Shown one piece after another: positions 50,520 through 62,299 of a stretch of 64,000 bases of DNA (positions are counted from its first letter, which is position 1; each line of letters starts with the position of its first letter). The DNA lies in assembly GCF_006345805.1 (NCBI RefSeq), contig NC_042999.1, positions 51,460,001 through 51,524,000 of the forward strand, read 5' to 3'. The notes under the pieces are model-generated. The model was not told the DNA's origin and ran no database searches. It was given only the letters and a program-made list of their open reading frames with translations. The translations under genes were made by a program, and so were the position numbers. This DNA comes from Octopus sinensis. Taxonomy: Eukaryota.

Positions 50520-51035
50520 TCGCAGCAACGCATGTCCGTCCCTGTTAAGAATACCCCTGATGTGTTGGGCGATACGATATGCTTGAGAAGACCTGTTCAG
50601 TCAAGTAAAACCAATATTGTAGCTGTGGCCAGTTCTCCTGACTGGCTCCCATGCCAGTGGCATGTAAAGAGCACCAACTGTACGTGGTCAATGCCAGGTC
50701 CGCCTGACTGGCTCCTGTGCCGGTGGCACACAAAAAATGCACCATCTGAACGTGGCTGATGCTACTACTCCCTGACTGGCCCCTGTGCTGTTGGCATGTT
50801 AAAAGCACTATCCGAACGTGATCGATGCCAGGCCTGCCTGACCGGCTCCTGTGCTGGTGGCACATAAAAATCACCCACTACACTCTTGGAGTGGTTGGCG
50901 TTAGGAAGGGCATCCAGCTGTAGAAACATAGCCAGATCAGATTGGAGCCTGGTACAGCCGCTGGTTCTCCAGACCTCAGTCAAACCATTGAACCCATGCA
51001 ATCAGTCGCGGATGTTAAACGATGATGATGATGAT
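50520..51035 (+). mobile_element. RTE-like 3' UTR with internal units and (GAT)n tail
   Basis: Starts with gcttgagaagacc as in the LINE copies, followed by units and tail. Confidence 0.88.
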
Positions 51036-51689
51036 CAATAGACCTGTAGGGTATGTAGATGGTGAGTTGAATAAGTGGGTACATATCTGTAGGGTATATT
51101 GGCAGGTGGATAAGTCACTTGATACTGTCAAGAGATCTGTTGTTTCAGACATAGCTTTTCTTTTTTGAGGACCATACAGTAACAGGAAACTTGCTGTTAT
51201 TGTTGTGGTTGAGTGTAACAGTCTGGGGAGATTGTTTTTACTTTGTGATAAACGTTGTTAGGGTTGCAGTAGGGGTGCAATAAGGGTTGCAGTAACTGCT
51301 TTAAATGTCTTATATTTATCTTTGGGATGATGATGATGTTTAGGGATTTTGAGATTTAGAATTTCTTTTTCTGGAATTTGATGAAAGGAAGGGATGGAAG
51401 TTGGTAGCTTAGAGAGAAATGACGAGTAAAACAGTTAGGAGACATGTATATAAATTTCACTGTTGCATTTGCAGATTGGAGTTGTGTAATGTGTGAAGAT
51501 GGCTCTAGCGTTTCGAGCCCATAGACTTATACACTGCAAGGAATTGGCACACTGGTGTGTATATATGAAAGAGTGAGAGTGTCATGTAATTTCTGTTTTG
51601 TCTGTTGAGCACAGTCGTGTTTGCTTCTTCTATATGTTGTCTGTGATTGACAAATCTATTGTATGCTATACATCAATACACTGATTTTC

Positions 51690-51981
51690 TGACGATCGTG
51701 GCTGTTGCCAGCCTCGCCTGGCCTCCGTGCTGGTGGTACGGAAAAAACACCATCAGAGCGTGGCCGTTCGCCAGCCTCGTCTGGCACCTATGTCGGTGGC
51801 GTGTAAAAAGCACCCACTACACTCATGGAGTGGTTGGCGTTAGGAAGGGCATCCAGCTGTAGAAACACTGCCAGATCTGACTGGCCTGGTGCAGCCTTCG
51901 GGCTTCCCAGACCCCAGTTGAACCGTCCAACCCATGCTAGCATGGAAAGCGGATGTTAAACGATGATGATGATGATGATGA
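51690..51981 (+). mobile_element. (GAT)n-tailed RTE 3' UTR repeat ending about 50 nt before exon 6
   Basis: Family consensus. Confidence 0.9.
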
Positions 51982-52030
51982 TAGGAAAGGTGTTATGATG
52001 CTGATGATGATGATAATCTGTGTATTGTAG

Positions 52031-52197
52031 GTTTATCTTGAGAGACTTTTGACATATGCTGAGATGGATATCAGTCCCTCCAACTGGAAGAGAATTGTTT
52101 TGGGTGCTATATTATTGGCTTCCAAAGTCTGGGATGACCAAGCTGTATGGAATGTGGATTACTGCCAAATATTGAAAGATATTCAAGTGGAAGAAAT
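52031..52197 (+). CDS. CCNY: Cyclin Y exon 6 ([55 protein letters not shown])
   Basis: Diagnostic [21 protein letters not shown] motif. AG/GT boundaries, 167 nt. Confidence 0.97.
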
Positions 52198-52729
52198 GTA
52201 AGTCCCTCAACTCTTGTGCTCTTCTGGAATTTCCTTTTTATCACTGTCAGCCTGTTTGCTTTATAGTTTGAAGTGCTACAGTTTTTGTTTTTGTTTAAAT
52301 TGATTGTTGTTTTCGGTTGAATGAAACTGGACAGGGTTTGCATGTTTAGGGATGTCTTCATCTTCCTTGAAATAACCATGATATTTTGAGATATTGAACA
52401 GGATTACTTTGCTGAATTTCTTTTGGAAAATATGCTGGACCTGGTGTGGCAATAAGAGGAAGAGATGTGGGTAAACTAGATCTGGGATCTTATTGAATGG
52501 GGTCAGTGTTAACTGAAGGAAGGTTAAAGATAAAGAGCATAAAGTTGGTTTAATTGATCTTTGGAAATTGTCAAAGGTTCATGAGGTGGGCGAGTCTATT
52601 TTTGAAACTCAGAAGGAGATGGATACTGTTAGTTACCAGCTGCAAGTGGGCAAGTCTAATACAGAAACTGAAAGGAAGTGAATGAGTCTATTTTAGATGC
52701 TGGAATCTGCAATAGGTTATTGTATAACA

Positions 52730-53275
52730 TAACCAGCCCATTTAAGAGTACCCTTCAATCATTGGGCAATAAACTGTGTTTGAGAAGACCTCTTGAGTCA
52801 AGTGAGATCATTGTTGTGGCCGATGCCAGTACTGCCTGACTGGCACCCATGCCGGTGGCACATAAGAAACACCATTCAAGCATGGTTGATGCCAGTCCCA
52901 CCAGACTGGCTCCTATGCCATTGGCACATAAAATGCACCATATGAACATGGTTGATGCCACCTGATTGGGCTCGTGTCAGTAGCATGTAAAAAGTACCAT
53001 TCAGGCGTGGTCGATGCCAGTGCCACTTGACTGGTCCTGCGCCGGTGGCATGTAAAAAGCACCATTCAACTGGCCCTTGTGCTGGTGGCACATAAAATGC
53101 ACCCACTACACTCTCAGAGTGGTTGGCATTAGGAAGGGCATCCAGCTGTAGAAACCTTGCCAGATCAGCATGGAACCTGGTGCAGCCTTCTTGTTAGCCA
53201 GTCCTCAGTCAAACCGTCCAACCCATGCCAGCATGGAAAGCAGACGTTAAACGATGATGATGATGATGATGATGA
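52730..53275 (+). mobile_element. RTE-like 3' UTR with several internal units and (GAT)n tail
   Basis: Family consensus. Confidence 0.88.
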
Positions 53276-53816
53276 TTCTATTTACTCTCATCCAGTTTTA
53301 CTATAAATATACAAGTCTTGGATTATCTACATAAAATGATCAAAGAGCTAATGAAAATATTTGGTAATACACTGGTTTCCTAGTAAACCCTTTTAAGATT
53401 TCATATGTCTTAGGTTTATGAAGATCACAAACCATGAAATGAAAGAAGCAACACAACTGGTCAGTAAAACATACCAGTATTGCACTTATCTATAAATGAG
53501 TGGAAAAAATCTTGGGAGGCTGTTAAAGAAGATGTTCTGAAAGACTTTGACATCTAAGCCATAATTTAGATGACCTTCGTTATGAAGAAGATTCTGAGAG
53601 TAGCAAAGACTTTCTAGAAACCAAAGATATCAAATCTTTGGTCTTTGAAGAATGCACCACTAATGAAAAGTGATTTATGAATATTTTTATGAGTTTCCTT
53701 CCATTATGGTAATTTTGCTTTGCAAACCATGAAGCTTAATGATTTTCTTTCTATTAGATATTTTATATAACTTTATTCTTTCATTTGCCTGTTTTTGTTT
53801 TTTCTACAATTACTAA

Positions 53817-53955
53817 TTGGCATTAGGAAGGGCATCCAACCGTAGAAACACTGCCAGATCAGACTGGGCCTGGTGTAGCTTTCTGGCTTCCCAGACCCCA
53901 GTTGAACTGTCCAACCCATGCTAGCATGGAAAGCGGACGCTAAATGATGATGACT
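53817..53955 (+). mobile_element. Short (GAT)n-tailed RTE 3' UTR copy
   Basis: ggcattaggaagggcatcc...gaaagcggacgctaaatgatgatg. Confidence 0.85.
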
Positions 53956-54499
53956 ATGTGGTGGGGACATCATTCCTATTAAGAATAGCTAAAATGTTTC
54001 GTATATTTAGCTTTTAATGTTCTAGGATTTAAGTTTTTTGCAAGAAATTTTTCCCTCAAAGAGTGCTCATTATATGTGCATGTTTGTTATACTCCATGAA
54101 ATATGGTAATTATTATGACTTGGCTGGTTCCGAGTTGTTAGGAATGGTAAATGAAATGGTAACTGTTAATAGTAGAGGGGAATGAAGTGGATATCTGAAG
54201 GAAGAGGTTAATAGTACATGTTCATGATGATAACACCCACCTAGACATCCATGTTCCAGGTTGCAAATATACCTTTTGACAAACCTGTCCAACCCTACAT
54301 AAAATTGTCCGTCGTGATTGATTGAATGATAATACTTCCATTATCAACAATATCTCACTGTATCAAGAAGTGACCCAATATTAAATGTATATATTTAATG
54401 GGAAATTGTGTTTTATGGTTAGACATATTTTTATTGTTCTCTCTCTCTCTCACACACACACTGCTTATATTTATCAATTTCTGGTCTATTTCTATTAAG

Positions 54500-54662
54500 G
54501 AATGAACTGGAAAGATTGTTTCTAGAAATGCTGCAGTTCAACATAAATGTACCATCAAGTGTGTATGCCAAGTATTATTTTGACCTCCGAGCCCTGGCTG
54601 ATGCGCATGACCTTTCTTTCCCTTTGGAAGCACTAAGTAAAGAACGAGCCCTCAAGTTAGAG
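54500..54662 (+). CDS. CCNY: Cyclin Y exon 7 ([55 protein letters not shown])
   Basis: [17 protein letters not shown] motif. Phase 2-0, 163 nt, GTAACT donor. Confidence 0.97.
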
Positions 54663-54774
54663 GTAACTTACTGTTTTTTTCTTCTTCATTTTTTTACCAT
54701 GATTTAGAGTTGTACACATGTCTAAGACATCTTAAATATTCAACAATAGTTTCTTGCCTGTCTTTGATGATGAT

Positions 54775-55152
54775 GTATACAGCTGAGCCAGTGGTTAGGG
54801 CAGCGGACTCGCGGTCATAGGATCGCGGTTTCGATTCCCAGACCGGGCGTTGTGAGTGTTTATTGAGCGAAAACACCTAAAAGCTCCACGAGGCTCCGGC
54901 AGGGATGGTGGTGATCCCTGCTGTACTCTTTCACCACAACTTTCTCTCACTCTTACTTCCTGTTTCTGTTGTACCTTTATTTCAAAGGGCCGGCCTTGTC
55001 ACTCTCCGTGTCACGCTGAATATCCCCGAGAACTACGTTAAGGGTACACGTGTCTGTGGAGTGCTCAGGCACTTACGCGTTAATTTCACGAGCAGGCTGT
55101 TCCGTTGATTTGGATCAACCGGAACCCTCGTCGTCGTAACCGACGGAGTGTT
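54775..55152 (+). mobile_element. tRNA-derived SINE family C, tail type 2, CpG-rich young copy
   Basis: A-box-like cagtggttagggc and B-box-like ggtttcgattccc. The tail matches the 47085-47480 remnant. Confidence 0.88.
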
Positions 55153-56397
55153 TCCATACAGCTGAGATTTATTATGAAAAAAAACAAAACAAGAGATTTT
55201 GTGGTGTGCATGTTTCTTCTGAATGACCCAGTACACAATGTAAAGTTGTTGGCATTAAGAAGGGTATCTAGCCATAGAAGCCATGCCAAAGTAGACAATG
55301 GAACCTGGTGTGGCTTCTGGTCTTGCCTGTTCCACTCAAATTTCCAACCCATACCAGCTTGAAAAAAACAGGTGTTAAATGATGATGATGGTGATGAGTA
55401 ACTTTGATACTATTGATGAGACGTAGAGGCTGCTTAACTAATTCAATTGATAAAATTCCGGGTAATGAATTGTGCTGAAGTTTTATGAAGGATTTAGAAT
55501 TAAAGAAGAGGTTTGATTTGACAGATACTGCTTTATAGGATTTTGGTTGAACTTGGATAAGGGGAGAATAGAAAAGATGATGAATGGTAATTTAACAGGT
55601 CAAAGGTTGAGAAAGAAGTGGAGTGATATTTGATCTCAATGAAATAATGTGGAATTGAAGGAGGAGGTTGGGTGCAGGTGTGGCTGAGTGGATAAGAAGT
55701 TTGCTTCACAGCTATATGGTTTTGGATTCAGTCCCGCTGTGGCACCTTGGGTTAGTTTCTTCTACTATTGCTCCAGGTTTACCAAAGCTTTGTGAGTGGA
55801 TTTGCTAGATAGAAACTGAAAGAAGCCTGTTATATAAAGTATATGTGTGTGTACACATGTGTGTCTGTGTGTCTTGACATCATGTGATGGGTTGTAAATG
55901 ACTGCCCCTGTCATACTAGCAGTGTCATTCATTTCTTCCAATATTCTTTTGAAATGTGCCTGGCTGTTGGGGCAGAAATTATTACCTTACTTGGAAACAA
56001 GTGAGGGTTGGTGACACAAAAGACGTACAGCCATAGAACGTCTGCTTCAGTAAACTGCATCCGATTTGTGCAAACATGGAAAAGTGGACGTGAAAATGAT
56101 GAATACTACTAAGAAGTTAAAAAATTCTAGTTTAGAATCTGTTGTTGTAATGGAGACAACTAATTAGTCATGGACAACCAGAGAGGACATCTGGAGATTT
56201 ATGTTGTGTTTTGTGTGACAAAAGTTTGTTGAAATTAGCAAGTGTTATCACACTTATCCGGCACTCCATTGCCTATATTCTGGTTATGGTTTAGTAGAGT
56301 TATCTCGCTTAACTTTCATAACCAACCTGTCATCATTAAATTGATAAACGTTTCACCAGTAGATTAGTTAATCAGTTAATCTCCTCCCTCTACCATA

Positions 56398-56622
56398 CCT
56401 ATTTCTTTACTACCCACAAGGGGCTAAACAGAGAGGACAAACAAGGACAGGCAAACGGATTAAGTCGATTATATCGACCCTAGTGCGTAACTGGTACTTA
56501 TTTAATCGACCCCGAAAGGATGAAAGGCAAAGTCGACCTCGGCGGAATTTGAACTCACAACGTAGCCGCAGACGAAATATTACCAAGCATTTTGCCCGGC
56601 GTGCTAACGTTTCTGCCAGCTC
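56398..56622 (-). mobile_element. Family B SINE
   Basis: Full-length consensus match. Confidence 0.92.
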
Positions 56623-56956
56623 CCTCTACAAACCGACTTCTGCTAGTTGCTCTCTTGTCACATCCACACCCTTCATCACTTGTAACCATAACCCTCCAGG
56701 CTCCACATGACTATGTCCAATCATTTCCCTCCTGTCCATTGACCTTTTGAATTCCCTCCTGTTTTGTCTTTTTTCTTGCCATCATCAGTTTGCAGTGTTA
56801 ATGACATCCCATTGATGCCCATCCCACTTACTATCAAAGTAATACAAAGTAATACAAAGTAATACAACAGAATTACTCAGGGACACACTCTACCTGGAAA
56901 GTAAAGAGTAAAGTCAGTGCTAATAATGTAGTGAAAAGCATAGAAGTTTACTTACT

Positions 56957-57178
56957 TATTTCTTTATTGCCCACAAGGGGCTAAACATAGAGGGGACAGA
57001 CAAACAGATTAAGTTGATTACATTGGCCCCAGTGCCTAACTGGTACTTAATTTATCGACCCCGAAAGGATGAAAGGCAAAGTTGACCTAGGCGAAATTTG
57101 AACTCAGAACGTAACGGCAGATGAAATACTGCTGAACATTTCGCCCGGTGTGCTAATGTTTCTGCCAGCTCGCCGCCT
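56957..57178 (-). mobile_element. Family B SINE with 16-bp TSD (1 mismatch)
   Basis: TAGAAGT(T/C)TACTTACT at 56941-56956 and 57184-57199. Confidence 0.92.
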
Positions 57179-57889
57179 GGCACTAGAAGTCTACTTACTG
57201 TCATGCTGGTGAGGAAACAGTAATGAAATAATCAATTTTGGTCAAGACAATTTTAATTAAAATCATTAATTAATTGTGCTCGATGACAATAGAGGAGTGA
57301 GTGTGATGTTTGGCAGTACAATAACATTGGACATGTTTCTGTATTATTAGACCTCATCAGCAAAGCAATCTTTTCTTGTACAAGCTCTGATTTTACCATT
57401 TGTAGACATGATTTACTAAGCCAGCAGTTTAACGTATAAACATCAACGTTGATTTGTAAACATGTCTTGTGATAACTGACATAACAACGTCTTTGTCAAC
57501 AACTCCAGATATAAAAACAGAGGTTAGGGGCAGTTTGAGATGATTCTAGCTGATAGGTCAGCAGGCTGGGTACTGCTTGAGACTGTGTCCAGCCACAGAC
57601 ACCATATTTCTAGAGACTGTTTTCTCCAAAAAAAAGAATAAGCAACATTATGTTCCTTGATTTGGCTGAGTTGTGTGCAAGCACTTAGTTATTAGGTGAA
57701 TAGGTTTTGAGAGCAGTTGTAGTTGTGTAGACAAGTTCTGTAAGAAACAGGGAATTTGTGAGAATGAAGAATTTAGCATAGAGGTTGGTATTTAGCAGGA
57801 CTCTGTCCTCAATCCCTTACTATTCATTATAAATCTTGAGGAATTCATAAGTGTGCGTGTTTGAGAAAGTTGGCGGTAGTTTTAAATGG

Positions 57890-58116
57890 TCGAGCTGGCA
57901 GAAATGTTTGCATGCCGGGCGAAATATGTAGCCATATTTCATCTGCCGTTACGTTCTGAGTTCAAATTCCGCCGAGGTCGACTTTGCCTTTCATCCTTTT
58001 GGGGTCGATAAATTAAGTACCAGTTACACACTGGGATCGATGTAATCGACTTAATCCATTTGTCTGTCCTTCTTTGTCCCCTCTCTATTTAGCCCCTTGT
58101 GGGTAGTAAAGAAATA
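57890..58116 (+). mobile_element. Family B SINE with perfect 15-bp TSD
   Basis: GGTAGTTTTAAATGG at 57875-57889 and 58117-58131. Confidence 0.95.
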
Positions 58117-58649
58117 GGTAGTTTTAAATGGACAATCTGTTGAAGAATTAAAGGAAAAGTTTCAAACCTGTAAGAATGGCTCAGTCCAAAAACCCAAGAC
58201 CTTATTCTTTGCAGTTAGCAAATAGTGAATGTATCATGGAGGAAGCAAGTCAGTAGGAATCCTATGCTGTGTACTCGGTGTCAGGAATGGGAGATGTCTG
58301 ACAGATTCACAGAAGACAAGAAAAGTGATGGGTAAAGAGGAGTTCCAATGAAATCGAACTTGTAAACTGTTTGAGTGAATCACTAAATAGTGTAGGCAGG
58401 GTGAACCTAACCAGTGGTGCTGGAGGTGGCAGTAGTGATGTTAGAGTAGGGGGTAGACGGGTGGCTGTAGTCACCAGGGTTGGCTGTAGTGATAGTATAG
58501 TTGTTAAAGGGGTGAGGGAGGTGTTGAGAATGACTGCCTTTGTCGGAACCAAAGTTGTTTATTTTCTTTTGTAAAGGAAGTTGATATGAGACATGTGGTC
58601 ATTTATAAGACAACAATCATGTTTGAGGCCAGAGAGAAATAAAATGGAC

Positions 58650-58995
58650 ATTGATCTGACTGGTCCCGTGCCGGTGGCACGTAAAAAGCACTATTTGAGC
58701 ATGATAGCTGCCAGTGCCACCTGACTGGCTCCCGTGCCAGTGACATGTAAAAAGCACCATTCGAGTGTGGCCGATGCCAGTACCGCCTGACTGACTCTCA
58801 TGCCGGTGGCATGTAAAAAGCACCCACTACGCTCTCAGAGTGGTTGGCGTTAGGAAGGGCATCCAGCTGTAGAAACATTGCCAGATTGGATTGGAGTCTG
58901 ATGTAGCCACCTGTATTGCCAGTCAAACCGTCCAACCCATGCCAGCATGGAATATGGACGTTAAACGACGAACAATGATGTTGATGGTGATTGAT
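58650..58995 (+). mobile_element. (GAT)n-tailed RTE 3' UTR repeat with internal units
   Basis: Family consensus. Confidence 0.88.
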
Positions 58996-59347
58996 CTGTG
59001 TTGAAAAGGTGGTGAAGGGGGGGTGTCATTGCTTAAAGATTTCTTATGAACCAATTACTAGTTCACTACATTTCTGATGGCAACAGGGGCACCTGCAACC
59101 ACATCATTGAGAAGCATAGTAACTGTTTGGCTGTTGCTTTGTTTACATGTAGAAGAGAGAGATATAGCTAGGTTGGTGGTGGGGTAACTCTTGTAGAAGA
59201 CTGACGTTGTTGTTGTTATTTCGGACAGGTAATTATCAATGTAGTTGGGTCATCATACTGCAACTTGGTTAAAATGGTTTGAAATAATATTGAAATTTGA
59301 AATGAATTTTAAGATGTTCTTTTCACTTGTTTTCTCTTGTTTTCTAG

Positions 59348-59467
59348 GCCATGTCCAGTGTGTGTGAAGACAAAATGAAAATGTGGTTGAAGAAGGATTT
59401 AAAGAGATCTGCTAGTCTTGATGGATTAACATCTTATCATACTTGTAGTAAAGCTATATTATCTTGA
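59348..59467 (+). CDS. CCNY: Cyclin Y exon 8, terminal (AMSSVCEDKMKMWLKKDLKRSASLDGLTSYHTCSKAILS*)
   Basis: ttctAG acceptor. CEDK, the KRSAS 14-3-3-type site and the AILS* terminus match cyclin Y. TGA at 59465-59467. Confidence 0.93.
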   Translation, partial: AMSSVCEDKMKMWLKKDLKRSASLDGLTSYHTCSKAILS

Positions 59468-60055
59468 CACCGAAACACTAAATGGATTTATGGACTTGTA
59501 GACAAAGAAACACCGCCAGTCTTTGGACCAGCATTATTTATTGTCTTTTATAAATGGATCGAACGTCTGGTGCTAGAAACTGGATACCACTGTTACTACT
59601 GGCCCACTGTCCACTTTTATTTTTGGTTATTGGCGCTGTCTTTACAGGAACAGTCAGTGTTAATGGGGTGGGTGGGGGTTGGTCTGATAATCACATGTAA
59701 TGTGTTTCTTTGGTATAGTGTTGGCACTACTGCTATCATTGTTAACAAGAACAACCACCTCCTTCGTGGCTTACATGATGGCATCAAATGCTAATGAGCC
59801 GGACAAACTGGACAGGACTTTCACTCAAGAATCTGTGTATGTTGTAAAGAGACAGAAGGCAAATATCGCTTGTGTGTGTGTACGTGTGTGTGTGTGTGTG
59901 TGTGTGTTGTGTGTGTGTGTGTGTGTGTGTGCAGTATGGCTACTACATATCTTACATCCAGCATGTACTGACATTTATCCTTCTTAGTGGCTTTTGGAGG
60001 TATCAGTTATGGTAAGACAGCAACAAATGATCTTTATTGTGATGTTACTCAGTTA

Positions 60056-60061
60056 AATAAA
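60056..60061 (+). promoter_or_regulatory. Candidate proximal polyadenylation signal AATAAA
   Basis: About 590 nt after the stop codon and followed by GT-rich sequence. Confidence 0.4.
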
Positions 60062-60336
60062 TGTACACGCCTGGGTGTATGTGTGTGTGTGTGTAATGCT
60101 CTGTATATGCACTCTGGTTTCACTGTGTGCATGTGTGTAAATGTATAGACTGGACTTCCAAAATGAAATGTTGCTATGTGTGGATCAAATATAATACAAT
60201 TGTCTTTTTTTTTCAGTTTTGGTTAAATCTCACTTTGTATTAATTATAGCATGCTATTCTCTCTTTGTCTCTCTCTCTCTCTCTGCTTTGTTCCCCCCTT
60301 TTCTCTCTCTCGCCCACTCTCTCTCATCTATATATA

Positions 60337-60385
<49 letters not shown>

Positions 60386-60397
60386 AATAGCAATTTG

Positions 60398-60865
60398 ATT
60401 CAGCTCTCTGCAACTTAGATTTGTGGGCTTATAAAAAAAAAAGCCTAGATTTTCAGGCTTAGATAACTGATTAAAGGAAGATGGCTATTGGAGATTGAGT
60501 AACATATCCCCAACTAACAAGCTGATCCCACCAGCTCACACATGCACACACACAACATACACATGCTCGTGCACTCATGCAGTAGGTATAAACCCCCTGT
60601 GCCTCCCCCCTCCTCCCAATTGGTGTTGCTCACAATCCTCTCCTTATCCCTTTGAGTAAAGATACACACTTGGAATTGCTGTCTCTAATGTTGCTACTCT
60701 ATGCATTGTTTTATTATTATCGACAACAGCTTCTCACCTGCCTTCAACAATAAGCAGCCCAATCTCCAATAGCCATCTTGAGCTTTCTTCGTTTCGGTTA
60801 TCTGAGCCCAAAGAGTCAGGTTTATTTTATGAGCCGACAAAACTTTAGGTTGCATGGAGCTGAAT
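60398..60865 (+). other. Long-range inverted repeat / predicted RNA duplex (60398-60497 pairs with 60760-60865)
   Basis: Manual pairing: perfect 20-bp helix plus 15-, 17- and 22-position helices containing G-U pairs. Confidence 0.85.
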
Positions 60866-60959
60866 GGAGACTGTTATCAAATAATATTTCTAAGTCCTAC
60901 CAAATACGTGGAGTGCCACTTTTTCACTTGTGCACTCACTCGTGTACATATATGTGTGT

Positions 60960-61016
60960 AATATAGTACATGTATGTATATATAAATGTGTGTGTATTTA
61001 TATATGTATGTGTGTG

Positions 61017-61050
<34 letters not shown>

Positions 61051-61093
61051 GTACATGTGTGTGTATATATATATTTATATATGTATGTGTGTG

Positions 61094-61125
<32 letters not shown>

Positions 61126-61130
61126 GTACA

Positions 61131-61162
<32 letters not shown>

Positions 61163-61290
61163 GTACATGTGTGTGTGTATATAATATGTGTGTGTATATA
61201 TATATATATATATATAGTACATGTGTGTGTGTATATAATATATGTGTGTATATATATATATATAGTGCATGTCTATGTGTGTGTATAGAT
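60960..61290. repeat. Compound (TA)n/(TG)n microsatellite with a recurring tagtacatgtgtg unit
   Basis: Direct inspection. Confidence 0.9.
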
Positions 61291-61639
61291 ATATATTGTA
61301 ATATTTGGGGGAGGTCACATGTTTCACCACATGATTTCACGCCAGGAATCTTGCAAAGCAAATGCATAAACATGTGTATACATGCATACGTACAAACAAA
61401 CATGTATATAACACATGTGTTATATATAAAATGGAGCAAGTCTCTCTGCAGCTGTATTCTGCTTCTGTTTTGTTCAACACAGCCTCAATAGTTTTTTTTT
61501 TTGGTTTTTGACTTAAAACTCTTTTTCTAAAATACATGTTTCTGTGATGATCATATCGTATGTCTATGTATATCTGGTTGTGTATGTGTGTGTGTGTATT
61601 TGTGTCTGAGTGTATGTATGTCTTTATCTCTGTGTGCTT

Positions 61640-61716
61640 ATATGTATTTATATCTGTCTGTCTATCTATCTGTCTATCTATCTGTCTGTCTATCTGTCTG
61701 TCTGTCTATCTGTCTA

Positions 61717-61747
<31 letters not shown>

Positions 61748-61748
61748 A

Positions 61749-61795
<47 letters not shown>

Positions 61796-61828
61796 GTCTT
61801 TCTATCTATCTATCTGTCTATCTGTCTG

Positions 61829-61859
<31 letters not shown>

Positions 61860-62020
61860 GTCTATCTGTCTATCTATCTATCTATCTATCTGTCTATCTA
61901 TCTATCTATCTATCTATCTATATATCTATCTATCTATCTATCTATCTATTCATCTGTCTGTCTGTCTGGCTGCCTGTCTATTTATCTGTCTATCTATCTA
62001 TTTTTCTGTCTGTCTGTCTA
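61640..62020. repeat. (TCTA)n/(TCTG)n tetranucleotide microsatellite
   Basis: Direct inspection. Confidence 0.95.
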
Positions 62021-62299
62021 TATAAATATATATGTATGTATGTATGTATGTATATATATATATATATTATATATATATATATATATGTGTGTGTATATAT
62101 ATATATAAAACACATGCCAGCATGGAGGGATGACGTTAAATGATGATGTATGCGGGTGTTTGTATTTTCTATACCAATCAAAACAGACAACTAGTATGTG
62201 TGTATGTATATATATATATGTGTGTGTGTGTCTACTACATACTTGATATGTTACCAATATACCCTATTTGCACAACTAACATTAGTCCTAACTCACTGT

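Noticed and set aside
54775-54850. tRNA-like sequences (also the heads of families A and B and 9199-9255)
   Set aside because: Cloverleafs are incomplete and each continues into a multicopy SINE body, so they are not called as tRNA genes.
60930-62257. ORFs of YI/CV/LSIY repeats
   Set aside because: They are translations of di- and tetranucleotide microsatellites.
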